Below, piece after piece: positions 56,084 to 64,000 of a stretch of 64,000 bases of DNA. Position numbers and translations under genes: made by a program. The notes below the pieces were generated by a model. It searched no databases. It had not been told where the DNA came from and was given only the letters and a program-made list of their open reading frames with translations. This stretch comes from an uncultured Rhizobium sp. GTDB taxonomy: Bacteria; Bacteroidota; Bacteroidia; NS11-12g; UBA955. Location: the NCBI GenBank assembly GCA_964527775.1, contig CAZGQS010000005.1, forward strand, positions 2,745-66,744, given 5' to 3'. Each line of letters begins with the position of its first letter. The first letter of the stretch is position 1.

Positions 56084-56157
56084 TGCACGCGTAGGGATTC
56101 GAACCCCAAACCTTCTGATCCGTAGTCAGATGCTCTATCCAATTGAGCTACGCATGC
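56084..56157 (-). tRNA. tRNA-Arg (anticodon ACG)
   Basis: The manual cloverleaf has acceptor GCATGCG/CGCGTGC, D-loop AGCTCAATTGGATAGAGC, anticodon arm TCTGA-CTACGGA-TCAGA, T-arm with TTCGAAT and discriminator A. CCA is not encoded. Confidence 0.9.
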
Positions 56158-56303
56158 ATTTGTCTGAGATTGCAAGGGTTGGAAACAACCTCAAACGGGA
56201 GTGCAAAGATAGTAAAAATATGAATATGTACAACCCATGGCGGAGTTTTTTGCAATTTTCGCAAAACTCGTTGGTTCTGTTTGATTTGACCATGGATATT
56301 CCG

Positions 56304-56311
56304 TATTTTTG
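56304..56311 (+). promoter_or_regulatory. Candidate -7 promoter box (TATTTTTG)
   Basis: It matches TAnnTTTG and lies 29 nt upstream of ATG 56341. Confidence 0.35.
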
Positions 56312-56340
56312 TTCCTTTATTTCTATCTTATATCAAGAAA

Positions 56341-58263
56341 ATGAATGCTTTGAGACTTTTATTGACCACTTCAATTGCGGTTTTTTGTCAGACCATATTC
56401 GCTCAGGCTCTTTATGTTTCCTCGGGCGAAACCGTATTTATATCCTCAGGAACCACAGTAACATCCACCAGTGGAGTGACAACCATTGTTTCAGGTGGTA
56501 CATTAAATGTAGCGGGTGAATATCAAAGTGCGGGCAACTTTACCAATTCTGGAACGCTAACAGCTTCCTCTGGTACTTTGACTTTTACTGGCTCCGGACA
56601 AACTGTTTCAGCCAATAACGCAACAGTGAAAAATGTGAATATTGGTTCATCGGCATCTGTTACACTTAGCAGTTCACTTAATATTCAAGGGGGTACGAAT
56701 TATGGTACTTTGACGGTGGCCAACGGCGGTTCACTGAATTCTGCGGGATACTTGACATTGAAATCAGATGCGAATGGAAACGCGGTTGTTGCAGCTGGTT
56801 CTTCATCTGGATCATACATTACCAATAATGTGGTTGTAGAAAGGTACATCCCAGCTCGTAGAGCTTTTAGAATTGTTTCCCCTAGCGTTACAACTTCAAC
56901 TTCCATATACTCAAACTGGCAAGAAGGTGGTTCGAGTAGCTCTTCTTTAGGAACTCACATCACCGGAAACAGCGGCTCATCTAACGGATTTGATAATACC
57001 GCCACCAACAACGCCTCTCTTTTTAGTTTTAACAACGCATCCGGTTCAAATACCGATGGAAGTTGGTCGGCAGTTACAAATACCAACACCAATACATTGA
57101 CTGCCGGTTCGCCTCTGAGAGTTTTAATAAGAGGTGATCGTACCATTGATCTATCAACTGCGGCCCCTACACCTACAGCAACAACCTTAAGAGCAACAGG
57201 TACTCTTGGACAAGGAAATGTTACAGTAAGCAGTCTGAGTCAAATTTCAAACGGATTCAGTCTGGTTGGAAATCCATTTCCGACCCCTGTAAACATGAAG
57301 TCTGTTCTGGATAACGCTACCAACGTATCAAATGCTTACTTTTATGTTTGGGATCCACAAGTGAATACTCGCGGTGGATATGTGACGTTTGATTTGAGCA
57401 CTAACACAAGCAATGTGGGTACTTCTGACCAAAACGTCTTTCTTCAACCTGGACAATCTGCTTTTGTCAAAACGTCGTCTAATGGTTCCGCTTCTTTGAC
57501 TTTTGCTGAAAGTTACAAATCAACTTCTAGTATAAATCAAGGGGTGTTCTTGACCATTCCTCCTCAATCGGTTCTGAAAATGGAATTGTCTCAGCGCGAT
57601 AGTTTCAAAGTGGGTGGAAATATGTGCGATGCGTTGATTGTGAAGTTTGATCCTTCTATGTCGAATACACTAGAGATTCAAGATGCGATCAAACCTATTA
57701 ATCAAGATGAGAATTTATCTGTATTAGTAGGAGAAAAGTTTTGTTCCATCGAATCGAGAAGTATCCCTCAGAATGAAGAAATCATTGATCTAAGAATTTC
57801 TCAATTGAGGCATTTGAACTATACCTTGAAGGCTGAATTTACCGGTGATTTGGGAATGGATGCTTACTTGTTGGACAGATTTACTGGCAAAACGCATGCC
57901 TTGAAAAGAGAAGGAGAGACTGTCATTGAATTTGATGTTGATGCAACAACCGAAAGTAAAGCCAATCAGCGTTTTGCATTAATCTTTGATGCTGGAAACA
58001 ACAGTAGAGTAAAGAGCATTCAACAGTCATTTAAAGCATATCCAAATCCTTTGAATGGTTCGAAGATTACCTTAGATGTATTTGCGGCCCAAATTCAAAG
58101 CGTTGAAATCTATGATATTTCAGGTAGATACATGGGGAATTTGAAATCTGCCCCTAACGAAAATGAGTTTGAGCTCCATGAACAATTGCCTAATGGTGCG
58201 TATTTACTAAGAGCAAACACCAACGAAGGTCAGTTTTCTACCACTATTTCTGTTGCTCGATAG
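56341..58263 (+). CDS. Secreted Gly/Ser/Thr-rich beta-helix-like protein with a T9SS type A C-terminal domain
   Basis: The signal peptide ends in FAQ. N-terminal repeats such as GTLTASSGTLTFTGSGQT are present. The C-terminal KAYPNPLNGSKITLDV...GAYLLRANTNEGQFSTTISV is a Por_Secre_tail-type domain. Confidence 0.75.
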   Translation: MNALRLLLTTSIAVFCQTIFAQALYVSSGETVFISSGTTVTSTSGVTTIVSGGTLNVAGEYQSAGNFTNSGTLTASSGTLTFTGSGQTVSANNATVKNVNIGSSASVTLSSSLNIQGGTNYGTLTVANGGSLNSAGYLTLKSDANGNAVVAAGSSSGSYITNNVVVERYIPARRAFRIVSPSVTTSTSIYSNWQEGGSSSSSLGTHITGNSGSSNGFDNTATNNASLFSFNNASGSNTDGSWSAVTNTNTNTLTAGSPLRVLIRGDRTIDLSTAAPTPTATTLRATGTLGQGNVTVSSLSQISNGFSLVGNPFPTPVNMKSVLDNATNVSNAYFYVWDPQVNTRGGYVTFDLSTNTSNVGTSDQNVFLQPGQSAFVKTSSNGSASLTFAESYKSTSSINQGVFLTIPPQSVLKMELSQRDSFKVGGNMCDALIVKFDPSMSNTLEIQDAIKPINQDENLSVLVGEKFCSIESRSIPQNEEIIDLRISQLRHLNYTLKAEFTGDLGMDAYLLDRFTGKTHALKREGETVIEFDVDATTESKANQRFALIFDAGNNSRVKSIQQSFKAYPNPLNGSKITLDVFAAQIQSVEIYDISGRYMGNLKSAPNENEFELHEQLPNGAYLLRANTNEGQFSTTISVAR

Positions 58264-58308
58264 TCAAAATAAGGCCTTTCGGTCTAAAATTACTATCATT
58301 GCAGTTGC

Positions 58309-60888
58309 ATGAGAAAAGTAGTATTCTTAATGGTTGCCACTGCAGCCATGATTCCATCTACATGGGCTCAATTTAAGAGCAAGAAAAAAGAAAAAACAGC
58401 CACTCCCCAAGCACAAGATCAACCTGCAAAAGGGAAAAAAACTGAGACTATAGATAATAAAGTCAAGGGTTGTGATACCATATCAGGCTTATTTACCTTA
58501 TATCGTGATACTACTTCAGGAGAGTTATTTATGCAAATTTCTCCTCAGCAATTGAATAAGGAATTTATTCATTTTACATACACTGAAAATGGAGTGCTTG
58601 AAGCGGGACATCACCGCGGCGCTTACCGCGGAAGCCGTATTTTTAAGATTGTCAGAAAGTATGAGGCGATAGAGTTTATTCAACAAAATACATCATTCTA
58701 TTTTGATCCCAAGAACAATGTGTCAAAAAGTGCCAATGCCAATATTTCGGAGGCCATTTTGGCTCATGAAAAAATTGTTGCAAAAGATAAGAAAGGAAAT
58801 TTATTGATTGCGGCTGACGAGTTGTTTTTAACTGAACAACTTCATCAAGTTGTTGAAGGTGGCAGACCTGGAAGAGGATTTGAATTGGGTAGACTGGCAA
58901 AAGGGAAAACACAATACGAGAAAATCAAAAATTACCCCGCCAACTTAGATATTGTGGTAAAGTATGTTTACGACAATGCCTCTCCCAAGGGCGGCGCCAC
59001 AGAAGCAGTTACTGACCCAAGAAGCGTGTCTATTTTGCTTCAACATAGCTTCATGGAAGTTCCAAACAATGACTTTAAGCCTCGATTTGATGACTATAGA
59101 ATTGGTTATTTCTCTGAGAACGTAAATGATATGACAGCTCAGGGTTTTACCAATTACCGAGATTTGATTCACCGTTGGGACTTGAGAAAGAAAGATCCTA
59201 ATGCCATTAAAAGCGAACCCGTAAAACCCATAGTTTGGTGGATTGAAAATACCACTCCAAAAGAACTTCGTCCCATCATTAAACATGCAGCTTTGCAATG
59301 GAATAAAGCTTTTGAACCCCTTGGATTCATCAATGCCGTTCAAGTATTTGAACAACCTGATGATGCTGATTGGGATGCAGGCGATGTGAGATACAATGTT
59401 TTGCGTTGGACGTCTTCACCCAATCCTCCTTTTGGGGGTTATGGTCCATCTTTCGTAAACCCACGAACAGGAGAAATTTTGGGTGCAGACATTATGTTGG
59501 AATACATCTTCTTGACCAATAGAGTCCGCACTCAACAGATTTATGGTATTGAAGGTGCAGAGATGGAGAATGAGCATCATTCAGCCCATGCCGGATGCGA
59601 TGCTGGACTTTATTTGCATCATCAACTTCAATCATCCCAAGGAATCATGAATATCCAAGATGCTGACACCATTGAGATGACCCGACTGCTTGAGGAGTCA
59701 ATTCACTATTTGATTTTGCATGAAATGGGGCATACCATGGGATTGATGCACAACATGAAAGCTTCGCAAGTGAGAACGGTAGAAGAGTTGAACAATCCTG
59801 AGATCACGTATAAACAAGGATTGATTGGTTCGGTTATGGATTATCCAGCCATCAACATGCCGTCTTACGGGGTGAAGAATAAGGTTCAATATTGTCAAGT
59901 AGAGCCGGGGCCTTATGATTTGTGGGCGATTGATTTTGGATATAGCCTTCCGTTAGAAAATGTAGATGAGGAAGCTGTCAGACTTAAAAATATCTTGTCG
60001 AAAAGCATTCAGCCAGATCTAACGTTTGGAAACGATGCTGATGATATGCGTGCCCCAGGTAAAGGTCTTGATCCTCGGGTGATGATCAATGATTTGAGCG
60101 GTGAATCTGTGAAGTTTAGTGCGGAGAAAATGGATTTGATTCGTTCTTTGATGCCTAAATTATTGGTGAAGTACGGAAACGGACAGCATAGCTATCAACC
60201 CATGGTATCGGTGATGAATTCTCTGATGTCTGGTTATGGTACTCATGCGGGAATCATATCGAGATACATTGGAGGTGTTAAGGTGGAGCGCTATACTCCT
60301 GGCCAAGCTCAAGGGAAATCTCCATATACAGCATACTCTTTGGCTGAGCAAAAAGCGGCGATGGAGGCATTGAATAAGTACATTTTTGCTCCCAATGCTT
60401 TTGAAATATCGGGCGAAATTGCTCAGCATTTGCAGCAGCAAAGACGAGGTTTCAACTTCTTTGCATCCACAGAAGAGCCCAAAATTCACAGACAAATAGA
60501 AGGTATCCAAAACTCGGTAATGGCTCATTTGTTGAGTCCGTCGGTTTTGAATAGAATGACCGATGCCAAATATTTGGGAAATGCCTATACGGTTTCGGAT
60601 ATGCTCAAAGATTTGACCAATGCAGTTTTTGAAGCGGATATCAAATCATTACCTAACACGCATAGACGTCAACTTCAAACCAATTATGTTAAGGCATTGG
60701 TTCAGTTTATGGATAAGCCCAGTAACGGATTGGATGCAGTTGCTAGCGCCTCGATTTATAGAGAGCTCAAACGTATTGAATCGATGATGAAATCAGGTAG
60801 TCCGTTATCTAATCCCTGGGAAAATCAAGAGGTGAACAACCACAGAAATTACATCATGTTTCTGATTGAGCGCGGATTAGACGATTAA
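58309..60888 (+). CDS. Secreted zinc-dependent metalloprotease (DUF5117/DUF4953-type)
   Basis: It has a signal peptide and a zinc site in LILHEMGHTMGLMHN with a downstream GSVMDYP. The ~860-aa size is typical of this Bacteroidota family. Confidence 0.8.
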   Translation: MRKVVFLMVATAAMIPSTWAQFKSKKKEKTATPQAQDQPAKGKKTETIDNKVKGCDTISGLFTLYRDTTSGELFMQISPQQLNKEFIHFTYTENGVLEAGHHRGAYRGSRIFKIVRKYEAIEFIQQNTSFYFDPKNNVSKSANANISEAILAHEKIVAKDKKGNLLIAADELFLTEQLHQVVEGGRPGRGFELGRLAKGKTQYEKIKNYPANLDIVVKYVYDNASPKGGATEAVTDPRSVSILLQHSFMEVPNNDFKPRFDDYRIGYFSENVNDMTAQGFTNYRDLIHRWDLRKKDPNAIKSEPVKPIVWWIENTTPKELRPIIKHAALQWNKAFEPLGFINAVQVFEQPDDADWDAGDVRYNVLRWTSSPNPPFGGYGPSFVNPRTGEILGADIMLEYIFLTNRVRTQQIYGIEGAEMENEHHSAHAGCDAGLYLHHQLQSSQGIMNIQDADTIEMTRLLEESIHYLILHEMGHTMGLMHNMKASQVRTVEELNNPEITYKQGLIGSVMDYPAINMPSYGVKNKVQYCQVEPGPYDLWAIDFGYSLPLENVDEEAVRLKNILSKSIQPDLTFGNDADDMRAPGKGLDPRVMINDLSGESVKFSAEKMDLIRSLMPKLLVKYGNGQHSYQPMVSVMNSLMSGYGTHAGIISRYIGGVKVERYTPGQAQGKSPYTAYSLAEQKAAMEALNKYIFAPNAFEISGEIAQHLQQQRRGFNFFASTEEPKIHRQIEGIQNSVMAHLLSPSVLNRMTDAKYLGNAYTVSDMLKDLTNAVFEADIKSLPNTHRRQLQTNYVKALVQFMDKPSNGLDAVASASIYRELKRIESMMKSGSPLSNPWENQEVNNHRNYIMFLIERGLDD

Positions 60889-60894
60889 AAAACC

Positions 60895-62760
60895 ATGCGT
60901 AACTTATTCTTAGCGGTAATCTTTCTGGGTGCCGGATTAAAGGCACAAGCTCAGGTTGATTCTTTGATCTATGTTCAGTTGGGAGAAGTAAGTTTACATT
61001 CCAATAGATTGAGTCAGAATTTGACTCAAACGGGATTGAATGTGGAAGTGATTGAGATGGCCTCTTTTAGAAAGAAGTTTCCGGTTCAAAGTTTGAATGA
61101 AGTTTTGACATTTGTTAGCGGTGTTGATTTGAGGCAAAGGGGGCCAGTAGGGGTTCAGGCTGATTTAGGCATTCGCGGATCGGGTTCAGATCAGGTGTTG
61201 GTTCTGGTAAATGGAATCAGAATGAGTGACCCACAAACGGGACATCATCAGTTGAATCTTCCCATCCCTTTAGATTTAATTGAAAGAATTGAAGTCATTA
61301 AAGGGCCTATGGCTCGTAGATATGGATTGAATGCTTTGAGTGGGGTGATCAATGTGGTATTAAAAAGTGAAGGTGCTTCGCAGATACAAGAGGGAATCCA
61401 CGCCAGCGTTGAAACTTGGGCAGGTGCTCCAGCTCAAAGTGATTCAGTGCGGTATTCGGCGTGGGGATATAGAGCCGGAATTAGCATCCAAAAGAAGCAA
61501 CACAACCTATGGTATTCTACCGAAGGGATGATGGGCAATGGGTATAGACCCAACTCGGAGTTTGAGAATTTTCGAAATTTCTTGGGTTATTCATGGGTTT
61601 CAAAAAAGCACTATTTCAATGCCATGGCCTCATTGGTTAACAATGATTTTGGGGCCAGTTATTTTTATGCGGCTCCCAATGATCATTCTGCCAAGGAATT
61701 TGTGAGTACCCGACTGATCTCGGCAAAATACGGATATAAAATATCACAGAAGCTCAGCATGAATGCGGTTTTGAGCAATAGAAATAACTTTGATCACTAC
61801 ATTTATTTCAAACCGAAGCCAGAACTTTACCAGAATAAGCATACCAATGTGGTGAACATGATGGAGTTGAATTTGGTGGGTAAATCAAAATGGTTGGATT
61901 ACAGTTTTGGTGTGGAAAATCGTCAAGAGCAAATTGAAAGCAATAATTTAGGAAATCATACACGCGAGTTTACCGGCAGTTTCGCAGAGTTTTCGCCTAG
62001 ATTAGGATCTAAATTGCACACAACTGCTGGAATTTACGCTATGTGGGGCAGCGGTGTAACCACCAATAAATTTGACCTTTTTCCTGGGTTTGATGTTCGT
62101 TATTCGTTGAATAAAACGTTTGATTTCTGGGGATGTTGGGGCGTGGGACAGCGACTTCCATCGTTTACAGATTTGTATTATACAGATAAAGGCAATAGAG
62201 GCAATCCATTATTGAAATCGGAAAACGCACAATCAATAGAAGCAGGATTAAAAGCAAAAACGGCTCGTGGAACTCGTTTTCAAATGAGTTTTTTCAGAAA
62301 AGATATTTACAGAATGATTGATTGGTTTAGAGATAGCGTCAGTCAACCTTGGTTTCCTGAGAATCTCGGCAATCAAATGATCAACGGTTTAGAGGCCAAT
62401 GTAAACTGGCCCATCAATCAAAAGATTATTTGGAACACCAACGCCACTTACATGAATGGAAGCATGAATGCAGATTTGAATCAGTATTCTAAACTCGCGC
62501 TGAATTTTGTTCGATTGCAAGTAGTTTCAAGTTTGAATGTTCAGTGGACAAAAAACATCAATACAAGTTTGGTTTTCAGGCATATAGATAGAATGAACAA
62601 TACATCTTATCAACTGTTGGATTTTAGATTTAACTATCAGTTGAAGAAAATGAATTTTTATGTTAATGCCACAAACTTAGGCAATGCTCAATACCGAGAA
62701 ATACAGTCGGTTCCATTGATGCCACGTTGGATTTATTTAGGTTTTAAGTTTAATATTTAA
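60895..62760 (+). CDS. TonB-dependent outer-membrane receptor (small, BtuB/CirA-sized)
   Basis: Plug-domain motifs are present (IRGSGSDQVLVLVNGIRM, IERIEVIKGPMARRYGLNALSGVINVV). The C-terminal beta-barrel ends in an aromatic-rich strand. Confidence 0.85.
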   Translation: MRNLFLAVIFLGAGLKAQAQVDSLIYVQLGEVSLHSNRLSQNLTQTGLNVEVIEMASFRKKFPVQSLNEVLTFVSGVDLRQRGPVGVQADLGIRGSGSDQVLVLVNGIRMSDPQTGHHQLNLPIPLDLIERIEVIKGPMARRYGLNALSGVINVVLKSEGASQIQEGIHASVETWAGAPAQSDSVRYSAWGYRAGISIQKKQHNLWYSTEGMMGNGYRPNSEFENFRNFLGYSWVSKKHYFNAMASLVNNDFGASYFYAAPNDHSAKEFVSTRLISAKYGYKISQKLSMNAVLSNRNNFDHYIYFKPKPELYQNKHTNVVNMMELNLVGKSKWLDYSFGVENRQEQIESNNLGNHTREFTGSFAEFSPRLGSKLHTTAGIYAMWGSGVTTNKFDLFPGFDVRYSLNKTFDFWGCWGVGQRLPSFTDLYYTDKGNRGNPLLKSENAQSIEAGLKAKTARGTRFQMSFFRKDIYRMIDWFRDSVSQPWFPENLGNQMINGLEANVNWPINQKIIWNTNATYMNGSMNADLNQYSKLALNFVRLQVVSSLNVQWTKNINTSLVFRHIDRMNNTSYQLLDFRFNYQLKKMNFYVNATNLGNAQYREIQSVPLMPRWIYLGFKFNI

Positions 62761-62767
62761 ATTATAA

Positions 62768-63196
62768 ATGAGACGAAACTATGTGGCCATTGCATTATTC
62801 ATGATGGCGATTGCAGTGGCTTTGGGCGCATTTGGTGCTCACGGTTTGGAAAATAAGTTAAATGATCACGACATGCACACTTGGGAAAAAGCCACCGGTT
62901 ATTGGGTCTATGTGGCATTGTCAATTTTAGGGATTGTTGGATTTGTACAGAATAAGGCAGATGATAACGATAGTGCTCAAAAGATACTTGGGATGAAAGG
63001 CCGTGTTTTTAGTGGATCTTTGATTTGGCTATTCTTGGGAGCGGTCATTTTTTCGGTGACATTATGGTTGGTTGCCACTTCTAATTTAACATGGCCCATG
63101 TTGAGAAAGTTAGGAATGATCACCCCTATTGGAGGAGTATTGATGATTGTGGGTTATTGTTCTTTGGGATTCAGAATCTGGAAGATGAATCGTTAA
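62768..63196 (+). CDS. DUF423-family small membrane protein (YgdD-like)
   Basis: The motif LGAFGAHGLE and four TM segments are present. 142 aa. Confidence 0.75.
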   Translation: MRRNYVAIALFMMAIAVALGAFGAHGLENKLNDHDMHTWEKATGYWVYVALSILGIVGFVQNKADDNDSAQKILGMKGRVFSGSLIWLFLGAVIFSVTLWLVATSNLTWPMLRKLGMITPIGGVLMIVGYCSLGFRIWKMNR

Positions 63197-64000
63197 AAAT
63201 CAATGTAAGACGATAATTTTACGCCAAAATTATTCTGGCTATTTCTGTGTGTTAATCGCCAAACAGCATCCACTCTTAAGAATTTGAAGATATTTTCAAT
63301 ACCAAAACCAACTTCTACATAGGGAGCATAGTTGAATGATTTTATGGGTGTGATGTTGTTTTTAATTTGAATTTCTGTAGGTATCAATGAACGATTGGAT
63401 GCGCTCAATGAACCTTCGATGAGTTTGGCGTTGATGATTTCGCGCCAACCCCATTTATTCAAAACTGGAATTCTGTTGAAGAACAATCCGTTGAAGTGAT
63501 GTTCAAAAATAGCTTCAATATTTTGATCGGTTACAAATTCGAATAAGTTCATTTGGTTAAATGCCCTGGTATTATATACAATGGCTTGATTTCCCAAAGG
63601 GATGTTTAGCAATGGAAAAGGAACATCACCAATCAGTTTATTGGCCGTAATTTTCATTTGTGTCCGGCCTATGCCTGCCCAAATGTAGTTATAGTTATAA
63701 AGGAAGCTCAATTTGGTGTAATCATAAGAGCTACCTAAAATTTGTGGTAGCGCTTTTTGAAATGAAAGGGAATATTTAGGACCTGGTTGAGCCCAATTGG
63801 TTCTGCGATAATCATTTACTACGTAAAATACTTTTGGCTCGTAAGTCAATTTAACATTGATTGTGCTGTTATTTAAGTGCGTAGAAATGTTTTGGGAATT
63901 GGGGTTTTCAAACCAGCCGAGTTTGATTTTTTGGGATTCGGGGATATCATAAATTCGGTGATTCAACTTCACTTGGAAACTAAGTCCCCTAACAATGTCT
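63193..64000 (-). CDS. C-terminal part of a large outer-membrane protein (DUF5686/carboxypeptidase-regulatory-like family, tentative); the 5' end lies outside the window
   Basis: The frame remains open to the window edge beyond the track start 63972. The C-terminal VGFGIENIFKFLRVDAVWRLTHR resembles the DUF5686 terminus as I recall it. Confidence 0.45.
   Translation of the reverse strand, partial: DIVRGLSFQVKLNHRIYDIPESQKIKLGWFENPNSQNISTHLNNSTINVKLTYEPKVFYVVNDYRRTNWAQPGPKYSLSFQKALPQILGSSYDYTKLSFLYNYNYIWAGIGRTQMKITANKLIGDVPFPLLNIPLGNQAIVYNTRAFNQMNLFEFVTDQNIEAIFEHHFNGLFFNRIPVLNKWGWREIINAKLIEGSLSASNRSLIPTEIQIKNNITPIKSFNYAPYVEVGFGIENIFKFLRVDAVWRLTHRNSQNNFGVKLSSYIDF

Noticed and set aside
51994-56157. 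Intact integrative element at tRNA-Arg carrying the AT-rich module
   Set aside because: No integrase, excisionase or mobility gene is present. I did not see a distal copy of the 17-mer near the left boundary (~51900-52000). Only the compositional anomaly and the nearby tRNA scar remain.
56007-56519. 170-aa plus-strand ORF
   Set aside because: It runs antisense across tRNA-Arg and its terminator and overlaps the well-supported T9SS cargo gene start. It has no recognisable motifs.
58945-60528. 136-aa and 122-aa minus-strand ORFs inside the zinc metalloprotease gene
   Set aside because: They lie antisense to a strongly supported 859-aa gene and have no motifs.

Overview
This 64 kb chromosomal window looks like it comes from a member of the Bacteroidota. 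The evidence is three proteins with T9SS C-terminal sorting domains (types A and B), TAnnTTTG-type -7 promoter boxes just upstream of several genes, and families typical of the phylum (DUF2147, DUF5686-like, DUF4953-type protease). No rRNA genes, CRISPR arrays, integrases or transposases were seen.

Gene content from left to right:
- 1-7987: a markedly AT-rich surface-polysaccharide locus with a Wza-like exporter, a Wzz-like co-polymerase, a Wzy-like polymerase, a capsule-synthesis-like protein, a polytopic membrane protein and three glycosyltransferases.
- 7993-11381: two type II toxin-antitoxin pairs (MazF/PemK-like and VapBC) flanking a VanW-glycosyltransferase fusion.
- 11424-21060: a tightly packed divergent cluster. 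It encodes an ANL ligase, a BtaA-like/GNAT protein, a swivel-His dikinase, a UbiA prenyltransferase and an HMG-CoA-reductase-like domain fused to an APH-type kinase. I cannot assign it to any known pathway, and I regard it as the best candidate for an undescribed system.
- 21167-37197: housekeeping genes, including an M48 protease, a DUF3050 protein, a 1-Cys peroxiredoxin, a desaturase, a methyltransferase, a secreted cytochrome c/PHM-like copper monooxygenase, a GH65 phosphorylase operon, an NrtR-like regulator, an ABC-F ATPase and an FKBP.
- 37270-49734: a 2644-aa adhesin with about 27 PKD-like repeats and a type B T9SS domain, followed by three unusual regulators.
- 49786-51917: an envelope operon.
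- 51994-55646: an AT-rich four-gene kinase/phosphatase/nucleotidyltransferase module.
- 55906-56157: tRNA-Arg(ACG) with a degenerate tandem copy.
- 56341-64000: a T9SS cargo protein, a zinc metalloprotease, a TonB-dependent receptor, a DUF423 protein and a truncated outer-membrane protein.

A second notable signal is a family of heptanucleotide-phased tandem repeats (GGTGATC, GGCTGAC and related units) at five or more sites. Two of these sites lie in frame inside ORFs, where they encode 7-residue peptide repeats.

All functional calls are motif recognition by eye and need confirmation by HMM or BLAST.
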